Shown here: piece by piece, positions 14,420 through 25,377 of the stretch
How positions within the stretch are numbered: position 1 is the first letter of the stretch
Layout: every line of letters starts with the position of its first letter
Origin: Dictyostelium discoideum
Lineage: Eukaryota
Assembly (NCBI GenBank): GCA_000004695.1
Contig: CM000152.2
Coordinates: 1,888,001 to 1,952,000 of the forward strand
Reading direction: 5' to 3'
Length of the DNA stretch: 64,000 nucleotides
Program-made: the position numbers and the translations under genes
The notes under the pieces: generated by a model
Databases searched by the model: none
What the model was told of the DNA's origin: nothing
The model's input: only the letters and a program-made list of their open reading frames with translations

Positions 14420-15976
14420 TTTATTAACTTAAATATTATTTTTAACAAAATATATATATATATATTAATTTTTATTTAATTTTAGAATCACACTAAATTA
14501 TTAACTCATTTAATAACAAATCCATTAAAATTAAGAATTGAAGATTATCCAAGAGCAGATTGTCAAATTTTATTATATCCAGTTGAAGCATTTAATAGAT
14601 TTTATTATAAATATACAATTAATGGAATGAATGTTGTTTTAGTTAGTGTGTATTTATTTTTTTTAAAAAAAAAAATATTTATATATATATAGAATTATTT
14701 TACTAATTTTTTATTTTTTTATTTTATTTTATTTTTAGATTTATTACCATTTGTAATTATATCATTGGTATTTGGATTCTTTTTAGAAGATAAGATAAAT
14801 CCAATTGTTATATTTATTTGTTGTTTATTATCAACAATTCCATTATCATATTATAATGGTATGGCGATTGCAAGTTTATCAGCACAAACTAGTTTTGCAA
14901 TTGGTGCACTTATTAATGCAAGTTTTGGATCGATTATAGAGCTAATTCTTTATGTTGTTTCAATTAGTGGTGCACAAGAAGAGGTAGCAAGATCAGCGTT
15001 AACAGGAGCATTATTAGGTTCAATGCTATTGATTCCAGGTTTATCTATGGTTATTGGTGGTTTAAAACATAAGGAACAACGTTTCAATCCAACTTTAATG
15101 GGAGTAAATACCATTCTTTTGATGATTGCTGTTGTTGCAGCATTTGCACCAACATTATTCTATAAAATTTATGGTAGCTTTGGATTTAGCTGTACATCCT
15201 GTATTCAACAACCAACCAATGTTACAGTGGATGGTGTTGCAATCAATGGAACCACCACCAATACATTGATGGATTGTGGTAAATGTACAATCGTCTCGTC
15301 GGATTTAGACGAAGATCCAATTTACACACAAAAAGCACGTACACTTATGTATATTTGTTCTGGTATACTTCCATTGACCTACTTCATTGGTCTTTTATTC
15401 ACATTGAAAACTCATACTCATATACTTCATGCACCACCAGAAAAGAAGAAACAAGAGCCTACTGATGAAACAAAGGAAAAGAGTATAGAATATGAATGGT
15501 CAAAATTACAATGTATCATTGTGTTATTGGCTTGTACAACCATGTTTGCATTGGTATCAGAGAAAATGGTTGGTACGATCGATCCAGTGGTTAGTGCATT
15601 GGGTTTAACACATGAATTTTTAGGTGTAACCATTCTTGGTATCATTCCATCCGCTGCAGAGTATCTAAATGCCGTCCAATTTGCAATTCATAATAATATG
15701 CCTTTGGCTTTAGAAATTGGTGCTTCTGCTGCCGTTCAAATCACTTTATTCCAAATGCCAGTATTGGTTTTCATTTGTGCAGTTTATAATCATCTAAGTA
15801 GTGAAGGATCTTTCACTTTAATTTTCCCATTAATGGATTTCTTTGCTATCTTTTTTGGTGTAATGGTTATGAATTTAGTATTTTCAAATGGTAGAACAAA
15901 TTATTTCATTGGTTCAACTCTAGTTATCATTTATTTAGTAATTGTATTTTGTTTTTATTTTACTCCAGTTGCTTGA
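13303..15976 (+). CDS. Cation/H+ exchanger of the CaCA/CAX family (Ca2+:H+ antiporter-like) with a long N-terminal extension. Four exons: 13303..13846, 13945..14342, 14486..14645 and 14739..15976, about 779 aa.
   Basis: Two alpha-repeat signatures are present: 'GALINASFGSIIELILYVVSISGAQEEVARSALTGALLGSMLLIPGLSMVIGG' and 'LGVTILGIIPSAAEYLNAVQFAIHNNMPLALEIGASAAVQITLFQMPVLV'. Many TM helices follow. Exon 1 is hydrophilic with poly-N/poly-T tracts. Exon 2 is a hydrophobic block ('GFVFWPFGKY...') resembling the DUF307/YccF-type extension seen on fungal CAX-like proteins. Donors are GTAAGT, GTACTT and GTGTGT, and phases check against ORFs 13303 and 14765. Confidence 0.65.
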
Positions 15977-16583
15977 ACTTAAAAAAAAAAAAAAAGGTTT
16001 TAATTTTATTATTCCTGCATTATCCATAAAAAGAGTTTCAAAAGTTTTAAAGAAAATATCAAGAAAAATATCAAAGGTAAAAAAAAAAAAAAAAGATCTC
16101 AAAAAAAAAAAATAAAAAATAAAAAAAAAAAAAATTAATTATTAAAAAAAAAATCTAAAAATAATCTGTTTTTTTTTTTATTTTTTATTTTATTTTTTTA
16201 CCTTTCTGCAAATGTATTATTTTTAATTACCAATATATTTTCACACCCCAACAAATCTATTCTTTTTTTTTTTTTAAAGACTGAAATAATTTTCGGTGGA
16301 GTATTCCACTTTTTTTTATTTTATTTTTATTTTTTTTTTATTTTTTTTACTTTTTTATTTTTTTTTATTTTTATTTTTATTTTTTTTTTTTTTTTTTACA
16401 TCAAAGTTATCAACCACACAATTTTGATAATCAAAAAAAAATAAAAAATAAAATAAAATAATAATTTAAAATTAGTTAAAGAATAATAATTTAACAATAA
16501 TTTTAAAAATAGATTAATTTAGTTTTTTTTTTTTTTTTTTTTCCCTCATTGCTTGAATAAATAAAAAAAAAAAAAAAAAAAAA

Positions 16584-18514
16584 ATGGAATACTATTATTA
16601 CATTATAATAGCAGCAGTTGGTGGCTTTGCAATATTGACATTTATAATTATAGTTGTATTGCGATTAAAAAAATCACAAAAAATGAGAGAGCCATTATTA
16701 CCAAAAGAAAAAGGAAATGTTTTTGTTTATAAAAGAGATACTCAAGTTCAAGAAAAGGGTAAATAAATAAAATAAATAATAATAATAATAATTCATATGT
16801 CTTTCATATTATTATTATTATTATTTCATATACTAATATTACTTTAAAAATTAACTTTGTTTAGAGGAACAAGTTATGATGAATGCAAGATTATATTTAA
16901 GATCAACAATTTATAGTTTACAAGATAAAATACCAAAATTTGGATCAAGATCTGATAAAGTATATTTTGGAGTTTTAGGTAATTCATTAAATAAATTAGA
17001 GAATGATAGAATTATGGCAATGGTACCAGTTTCAAAACATTGGCCAATTCCATTAAATTCAGAAGCTGGTAGAACCACATTTAGAACCATCATTAAATCA
17101 TTGGAAATTCATCCATTCATTAGTGTACCATTATTGGTTGATTTTATACCAGAGAAACATGTTGCTGTCTCTGTTAGACCTTTCTATGCCGATAGAGGTT
17201 CATTAAGAGATTTCATACATAAATCAAAACCAAAAATGCCATACGCTGATAAATATGATACTCATCTTCAATTAAATGAAAAAATAGTTTCAAAATTTGG
17301 TAGACAAATTTTAGAAGCTTTAATATTTTTAAAAAATCATAATTTCCCTTATTTTCATTTAAATTCTGCAAATGTTTTAGTTGATGATCAAATTTGTTTG
17401 TAAGTTTTTTAATTTAAAAAAAATATATATATAAAAAAAAAAAAAAAAAAAAAATTACTAATTAATTTATTTATTTATTTATTTATTCATTTATTTTAGA
17501 ATAAGTGATTATGAAAATTCATTTTTAGGATTAGAACCAAGATTTTCAGATTTTATTAGACAACATAATGAAAAGATTGATCCAGATGTATTATCATTTG
17601 GTTTAGTATTATTTGAGATGGCATGTGGTTATGAGATGGAGAATCCACATTCAGTTGATATCTCTATTCCAGCACATTGCTATCCAGAAGTTAGAAAAGT
17701 ATTAGAAGCAATTTTTAAACCATTCTATGGTACACCAATTACATTGGAAGAGTTGAGTAAAATGGATTTCTTTTCATATCATAAATTTAAGAATTTACCA
17801 CTTCACAGATTAACTTATACTTCAAGAGAACGTGATATGATGGATGCTGTTATAAAGTTAAATAAAACTTTTCTTTCAACAAATTCAAAACCAAATTCAA
17901 AAGATTTATCTCAACCAAAATTAAAAGATTTAAAAAAACAAAAAAAGAGAAAACAATTAGTATTCACTCAATCTTTTGAACCTATTAAAATGGAGAGTCA
18001 AAATGGTGGTGGTGCTGCTGGCGGTGAATATGGAAATGAGGGTGGTTATGCAATTTCAACTTCTTCTTCATTACCAAGTAATTTCTTGGCAAATGTAAAA
18101 CCTGCAAATTCAACATCATATTCATTACTTTCAAATACTACAACAAATACAACTAATACTTCAACAAGTAGTAGTTTAAATAGTAGTTTCAATAGTAACG
18201 TTTCAACTTCATATTCAAATGCAACAACCACTACAAATACCACTTCTGCATCAAGTGTTTCACCACCAATTTCTTCACCACCTCCACCTCCACCTCCACC
18301 ACCACCATCCAAATCTTCAGGACCACCACCTCCACCACCACCACCACCCAAATCTTCAGGTCCTCCACCTCCACCACCACCCAAATCCTCCCCACCACCA
18401 CCAGCTGATGGCAGTAGAAAAGGTTTACTATCCTCAATTGAATCTTTTTCTTCTTCAAAATTAAAAAAAACAAAAACTGTTGATAAAAGTGGTCCGTTAT
18501 TAAAAAAATCTTAA
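16584..18514 (+). CDS. Membrane-anchored protein-kinase-like (probable pseudokinase) protein with a C-terminal proline-rich region and a WH2-like motif. Three exons: 16584..16758, 16865..17399 and 17500..18514, about 574 aa.
   Basis: Exon 1 encodes a TM helix, 'YYYYIIIAAVGGFAILTFIIIVVLRL'. A kinase-fold remnant follows: 'ADRGSLRDFIHK...ILEALIFLKNHNFPYFHLNSANVLVDD' (degenerate HRD/VAIK) and 'DVLSFGLVLFEMACGYEM'. The tail has SPPPPPPPPPPSKSSGPPPPPPPPP runs, then 'RKGLLSSIESFSSSKLKKTKTVDKSGPL' (the WH2 pattern LLxxI...LKKT). Donors are GTAAAT and GTAAGT. Confidence 0.55.
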
Positions 18515-19000
18515 AACAAAACAAAACAAAACAAAACAAAAAAAAGAAACCAAAACAAAAAATAAAAAATTAAATTATTTAAAAAAAAAAAAAAAAGCAC
18601 ACATTTTATATGATCATGATGATGACGATTAGTTTTTAATTTCTATTCCTTTATAGTGTGAGGTTAAAAATAAGTTAGAAAAAAAAAAATTGAACATGCA
18701 CAAATTAGAGCATTATCATTTTTTTACATCGTTTAATTTTTTTTTTTTTTTTTTTTTTTCCTAAAAAATAAAGCACCGCTTTGGGTGATAATTATGTATC
18801 TGTGGTAAATCTTTAAAAAAATATAAAAAAAAAAAAATTTCAAATAAACTAATTGATTTTCTTTAATAAGGTTTTTTTAAATTAAATTATAATAATATTT
18901 GAATTTCAAACTAATCATTTTCATTAAAAATGGAATTTGATTATCCTTTTTTTGAAAATAAAAAAAAAAAAGAAACAGTGTCATATCTAAGCTATTTTTG

Positions 19001-19032
<32 letters not shown>

Positions 19033-19065
19033 CACACCAATACCTCTATTTTTTGAATTGGATAA

Positions 19066-19088
19066 GGGGGTGGGGGTGGGGTAAGGGG
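19066..19088 (+). other. G-quadruplex-forming motif G5-T-G5-T-G4-TAA-G4 in an otherwise roughly 90% AT intergenic region.
   Basis: 'gggggtgggggtggggtaagggg' read directly. It lies about 400 bp upstream of the small GTPase-like gene start at 19472. Confidence 0.6.
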
Positions 19089-19471
19089 TAGTGAAATTGG
19101 ATTAAAATAAAAAATTCAATATAATAATATATAAGAAAATAAAATAATATTTAAAAAAAACAATGATTTTGAGTGTGTTGGTGTATGGGTGCAATTTTTA
19201 TTTTCAGATAATTGAATTTAAAATAAAAATAGAAATAATTATATTTGAATTTGTAATAAATTAACAACAATAATGATAATAATAACAATATTAATAGAAA
19301 AAAAAAAATAAAAAAAAAAAAAAAATTAAAATAGATAAAAAAAAAAATATAATTTTTTAATTTTATTTTTTTATATTTCAGGACAAATAAATGGTTTTTT
19401 AATTTTATTTTTAAATTTAAATTATTATTTAATTTTATGATTAAAAAAAAAAGTAAAACAAATAAAAAAAA

Positions 19472-19718
19472 ATGTATAAAAATTTAAATGTATGTGTTTT
19501 AGGAAGTGTAGCTGTTGGTAAAACTTCAATGATTGAATCATTGACAAATGGAAATTATGATAGAGAACATATTCCAACAATTGAAAATAGATCAATTAAA
19601 TTATTACAACACAAAAAAAAAGTTTATAATATATTTATTCATGATACAGGTTTGTAATCTTTAAATTTTTAATATTTTATTTTTTATTTTTTAATAAAAT
19701 AATAATAAAATTAATAAT

Positions 19719-19772
<54 letters not shown>

Positions 19773-20182
19773 TTCCAATAGCTTCAATCAGAGAATTAAA
19801 TTTCTTAGTAAAGGAATCAATTAGCCAATGTGATTCATTTATAATTGTATTTTCCTTAAATGATGCAAACTCAATTGAATCAATTCAATTTTATAAAGAT
19901 TTAATATATGATACATTAAAGTGTAAAAAAGGGTCAATACCAATTGTAATCGCTGCAAATAAATTAGATACAAAGGTAAATGATCCAACAATATATCAAA
20001 AAATTAAAAAAATTAATAGGTTATATTCATTACCATGTATTGAATGTACTTCAAAAGATAATGAAACAACAAATTCAGTTTTTAAATTATTATTAAATAG
20101 TGTTGAAAAAAAGACAACAAAAAGACAAATAATCCCAAAAGTAAAGTTTTACTTTAAAAAAAAATTTTCTTTGACCTATTAA
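19472..20182 (+). CDS. Atypical Ras-superfamily small GTPase-like protein. Exon 1 is 19472..19649 and exon 2 is 19782..about 20182. The 3' end is uncertain and there is no CAAX box.
   Basis: The P-loop 'VCVLGSVAVGKTSMI', 'IVIAANKLDT' (NKxD) and 'ECTSKD' (SAK-like) are present. Switch II reads 'HDTGASIREL' rather than DTAGQE. The intron has a GTTTGT donor and a CAATAG acceptor, about 132 nt. Confidence 0.5.
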
Positions 20183-20643
20183 ATTAAATTAAAAAATAAA
20201 TAAACTTTTGTAAATATGAAATTAATTTTTTTTTTTTCTTTTTTTTTTTTTTTTGCCAATTTAAAATAAAACCCTCCGAAATTTAATAATTTTTTGTGTT
20301 TTTCTTTTTTTTTTTCATTTTTTTTTATTTTTTTATATTTTTATTTTTTTTAAATTAAAAAAAACTTGAAAAAATGGAAACTAAAAATATCTGATTTATT
20401 TAAAAAAACCAGTGGAGATTAAAATATTTAGTGGTACCCAGGTGAAAAAAATTTTATTAACTCGAATATTTCTTTTTTGATCTTGAACATAAAAAAAAAA
20501 AAATAAGAATTGGAATTGTCCAAAAAGTATTTAAATTTTTTTTTTTTTTTTTTAATTTCCATATTCCCAAAAATAAATATTTAAAATAAAAAAGAATTAA
20601 ATAATTAAATATAAATAAAATAAAAAAAAAAATATTAAAAAAA

Positions 20644-22404
20644 ATGATTGAAAGTAAAATCCCTTCACAATTTTCAATAAATTCACATAATAATGTATGT
20701 GAAGCTTCAAGTTATTCTGATCATAGTTTTGATGATAATACCCAATCAATTCCTTTATCACAAGTAGTGATTAGATCAGATTTTGCCAATGAAACATCAG
20801 AGAGACAATCCAAAATTATAATTGAAAGATTCAATCAAGGTATAAAGAATCCAGCATTTACAGATTCTCCAGCATTGGGTCGTGCTTTTCCACGTTTAGA
20901 TTCAAGTTATTTTGCTTTAAGTAATCGTGACAAAGTTGCTGAATTATTCGATCCACGTGGTCAACGTTTTAGTACAGTTTATTCTGCAGATCCAACCACT
21001 ATCATCGAATACAATGGTGGAATCCCAAAAACTAGTCGTTATTTCACTTTATACGGTAAAACTGTTTTAAATGTGCCATCTGGTCATTTCGCAAAAGCCT
21101 TATCAAAGAATCGTCCAGTAATTTATGGTGAAGGTCCACATGTAATAATTGATCCAACTTTTATATTTGATGAAGCAACTGGCTTTGTTAATCAACAAGA
21201 ACCATTTATAAACCATTCAACCATTAATGTTCTTCGTGTTCCATCTGGTAAAGTTGCAAAAGTTTGGGTTGGTACTCAACCATTGATTTTAGAATCTCGT
21301 CGTGAACCATACGTTTTTGTTGATGCTCAATTTAAAGTTGTCGAACAAATAGGTAGTCAAGATAAATACTTTCATAATTCATCAGCTACATTTATGGAAC
21401 ATGGTTCAATTAAAAGAATTATTCCACATACTGGTGAAGTTGCAGTCACATATAATAATGGTGTCCTTGAAATTATTCAAACACCAAAAGATGGTAAACC
21501 AGTTATTATCGATTCTCCAACTCATAATTTTGAATGTTTCATTCAAACAAGTTTACAAACTTGTTTATTCCCATCAAATGAAACTAAACAACAAGCTATT
21601 AAAGATAATAAAAATGCGACATCTGATGAAGTTAATTTAAAAATTTTCCAAACTAGAGATTCACTTCGTGTTGGTGTTGTATTGGTAATTGCATTTAGAA
21701 TAATTGATCCTCAAATTGCACTCACTAAATTAGGTAAAGAAGGTATTATCAATCATATTGAAAATATTTCATTCGCCGATATGGGTAAAGCAATTCAATT
21801 AAGTACTTTACAAGAGATTATGTATTTCAATGATACAAAGCCATCTGCAACTATTGATGCATCTGCTCAAACAATTCAAGATCGTGTAAAATCTCATTTG
21901 GCAAGAGATTTATATGAATATGGTATTGAATTAGCTCGTCTTCAAATTGAAACAATAAAAGTTTTGGATACCGAAATCGCTAAAAAACTTGCTGGTCAAT
22001 CAGTTACATCTGCTGAATTCACAACCAAACAAGCAACGCTTGTAAAAGAATATGATATCAAAACCACTGAAGCTCGTCTTAAAGCTGAAACCGATAATAT
22101 TGCATTAGAACAAAAAGGTATAGCAATTATTGCAGAAGCTCAAGCAAAATTAGAATCTGCTAAAAAACAAGCTGAAGCTTTACTTGTTACAGCTAATGCT
22201 CAAAAGAAAGTTCAGGAAATACAAGGTGAATTATATTCCAAATTCCCGATTCTCGCTGAAATTGAATTGGCTAAAATTAAATCCGAAGCTTTAAAAAGTT
22301 CAACACTTTATATTACTCCTCAAGATGCTGGTAACTTTATGAATTCACCATTCTTTTTCATGGAAAGAATGCTTGGAAAACAACAAACCAACATTAAAAG
22401 TTAA
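20644..22404 (+). CDS. SPFH/band-7 flotillin-like protein (vacuolin-like), paralog 1. Single exon, 586 aa.
   Basis: An SPFH-like core '[36 protein letters not shown]...[24 protein letters not shown]' is preceded by an internal partial repeat '[13 protein letters not shown]...HVIIDPTF'. The C-terminal coiled coil with (E/A)-rich '[26 protein letters not shown]...[28 protein letters not shown]' resembles the flotillin domain. Size and architecture fit Dictyostelium vacuolins, but this is recalled, not verified. Confidence 0.5.
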
Positions 22405-23214
22405 AATATTTCAATAGTATAACATATAAAAAAAAAAAAAAAAAAAAAAAAAATAAATTTAAATTAAATTTTAAAAAAAGATAATGTAATTAAATTTAGA
22501 AAGAAAAAAGAATTTTTTTTGTTTCAAATTAATAATTAATAAATAAACAAATATTTATATATATTTTAATTTCTTTTTTTTTTTTTTTTTTTTTTTTCAA
22601 AATCTTGTATTAAAAAAGAAAATCAACTTAATATTATCGGATTTTAATAAAAGATTTTGAAAATATTATATATTAATTATTTTAATATTATAAATTTTTT
22701 TTTTTTTTTTTTTTCAAAATCTTGTTATTAAAAAAGACAAAAGTTTGTGATATTTTAATTATTTTATTTTAATTTTAATTTTAGTTTATTAAATAATATC
22801 CAATTAAAAAATTTTAAATTACTCATTGGAAAAATAAATAAAAATAATTAAGAATACTGCAAATATGTGCGGTCTTGTTTTTTTAGGAAATTTCAAATGG
22901 GTGTGAAACAAAAAAAAATTACCCAGGCTATTAATTAAGATTGACACAGATTTGTCACCAAAAAAAAAATCTGCTCATTTTTTTGAGTTTTTTTTCAAAA
23001 AAAAAAAATAAAAATAAAATTTTATTTTATTGTTTTGATAAAAATAAAAAATCATTTCAATCGTTTTCTCAAAAAAAAAAAAATAAAAAAATAAAAAGAA
23101 ATTTTTTTTTTTTTTTAGTATTAAAATAATAAATAATAAATAATAAATTATAAATAATAAAAAACTTTATTCATAAATAATAGTATAACAGTTGTAAATA
23201 TAAAAAAAAAAAAA

Positions 23215-24993
23215 ATGATTGAAAGTAGTTCATTTATGAAAAAAACATCATCTGAAAATTCAATTGGTAGTCGTTCTAATATTCATGAAGCTTCAACATT
23301 TTCTTCAGAACATGAAAATGGTGATCAATCCCTTACCATTTCACAAATTGTAATTAGATCAGATTTTGCCAATGAAACATCAGAGAGACAATCGAAAATT
23401 ATTTTAGAGAGATTCAATGAAGGTATAAAGAATACAGCATTCACCGATTCTCCAGTATTGGGTCGTGCTCAACCTCGTCTTGATGTTAGTTATTTTGCAA
23501 TGGCACATCGTAATCAAATTGTAGAGTTATTCGATCCACGTGGTCAACGTTTTGGTACAGTTTATTCAGCTGATCCAACTGTTGAAATTAGATATCTTGG
23601 CTCAGTTGCAAAAACATGTCGTTATTTCGGCTCATTCGGTAAACACGTTTTAAATGTCCCTTCTGGTCATTTTGCAAAAGCAATGACAAAGAATCGTCCA
23701 ATAATTTATGGTGAAGGTCCACATGTAATTATTGACCCAACCTTTGAATTTGATGAAAGATATGGTTTCGTTAATCAACAAGAACCATTTATAAACCATT
23801 CAACCATTAACATTCTTCGTGTTCCATCTGGTAAAGTCGCAAAAGTTTGGATTGGTACTCAACCATTAATTTTAGAATCTCGTCGTGAACCATACGTTTT
23901 TGTTGATGCTCAATTTAAAATGGTTGAAGATACTAGTGAAAGTGGTAATAATAAATACTTTAAAAATTCATCAGCTACATTTATGGAACATGGTTCAATT
24001 AAAAGAATTATTCCACATACTGGTGAAGTTGCAATCACATATAACAATGGTATTTTAACAATTATTCCACCACCAAAAGATGGTAAACCAGTTATTATCG
24101 ATTCTCCAACTCATAATTTCGAAGGTTTCATTCAAACAAGTTTACAAACTTGTTTATTCCCATCAAAAGAAACTAAACAACAAGCTATTAAAGATAATAA
24201 AAATGCGACATCTGATGAAGTTAATTTAAAAATTTTCCAAACTAGAGATTCACTTCGTGTTGGTGTTGTATTGGTAGTTGCATTTAGAATTGTTGACCCA
24301 GAAATTGCACTCACTAAATTAGGTAAAGAAGGTATTATCAATCATATTGAAAATGTTTCATTCGCCGATATGGGTAAAGCAATTCAATTAAGTACTTTAC
24401 AAGAGATTATGTATTTCAATGATACAAAACCATCTGCTAACTCCACCAATGAAACTGTACACACAATTCAAGATCGTGTAAAATCTCATTTAGCAAGAGA
24501 TTTATGTGAATATGGTATCGAATTAGCTCGTCTTCAAATTGAAACAATGAAAGTTTTGGATTCCGAAATCGCTAAAAAACTTGCTGGTCAATCAGTTACA
24601 TCTGCTGAATTCACAACCAAACAAGCAACACTTGTAAAAGAATATGATATCAAAACCACTGAAGCTCGTCTTAAAGCTGAAACCGATAATATTGCATTAG
24701 AACAAAAAGGTAAAGCAATTATTGCAGAAGCTCAAGCAAAATTAGAATCTGCTCAAAAACAAGCTCAAGCATTACTAATTACTGCTGAAGCTCAAAAGAA
24801 AGTTCAAGAAATGCAAGGTGAATTATTTACAAAATATCCAATTCTCGCTGAAATTGAATTGGCTAAAATTAAATCAGAAGCTCTTAAAAGTGCAACACTT
24901 TATATTACTCCTCAAGATGCTGGTAACTTTATGAATTCACCATTGGTTTATATGGATAGATTACTTGGACACCAACAAAAATTAGAAAAATAA
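23215..24993 (+). CDS. SPFH/band-7 flotillin-like protein (vacuolin-like), paralog 2. Single exon, 592 aa.
   Basis: It is about 80% identical to 20644..22404 over its full length, differing mainly in the first 35 residues and a short insertion ('[11 protein letters not shown]'). The pair is a head-to-tail tandem duplication with an 810-bp spacer. Confidence 0.5.
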   Translation: MIESSSFMKKTSSENSIGSRSNIHEASTFSSEHENGDQSLTISQIVIRSDFANETSERQSKIILERFNEGIKNTAFTDSPVLGRAQPRLDVSYFAMAHRNQIVELFDPRGQRFGTVYSADPTVEIRYLGSVAKTCRYFGSFGKHVLNVPSGHFAKAMTKNRPIIYGEGPHVIIDPTFEFDERYGFVNQQEPFINHSTINILRVPSGKVAKVWIGTQPLILESRREPYVFVDAQFKMVEDTSESGNNKYFKNSSATFMEHGSIKRIIPHTGEVAITYNNGILTIIPPPKDGKPVIIDSPTHNFEGFIQTSLQTCLFPSKETKQQAIKDNKNATSDEVNLKIFQTRDSLRVGVVLVVAFRIVDPEIALTKLGKEGIINHIENVSFADMGKAIQLSTLQEIMYFNDTKPSANSTNETVHTIQDRVKSHLARDLCEYGIELARLQIETMKVLDSEIAKKLAGQSVTSAEFTTKQATLVKEYDIKTTEARLKAETDNIALEQKGKAIIAEAQAKLESAQKQAQALLITAEAQKKVQEMQGELFTKYPILAEIELAKIKSEALKSATLYITPQDAGNFMNSPLVYMDRLLGHQQKLEK

Positions 24994-25377
24994 TTAAATT
25001 CAATCAAATAATAATATTATTAATAATTAAAATAATAATAATAACGATAAAAATAGTGATATGTATATATATGTAATTAATTTATTAAACAAAAGTATTT
25101 TTTATTTTCTAAATTTCAATAAATCTTTTTTTTTTTTAAGATATAAAAAAAAATAATCGAAAAAATCCAGACTTATAAATCTTTTTTTTTTTAATATATT
25201 TGCACTTTTTATTATTAAAATTTAATTTAATTCATATTTTTTTTTTTTTATTTTTTTTTTTTTTATTATTTATTTGATATTATAGATTATATTGATATAT
25301 GATGTAATATTTGAAATTTTTTTTTTTATTATTATTATTATTTTATTTTGTTGTGTTAGTAATGGTAATGTTTGAAT

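Noticed and set aside
20183-20260. Possible extra 3' exon for the small GTPase gene to supply a CAAX box.
   Set aside because: No AG acceptor followed by an open frame with a Cys-containing tail could be found in the AT-rich sequence downstream. The single two-exon model is kept, with the 3' end flagged as uncertain.
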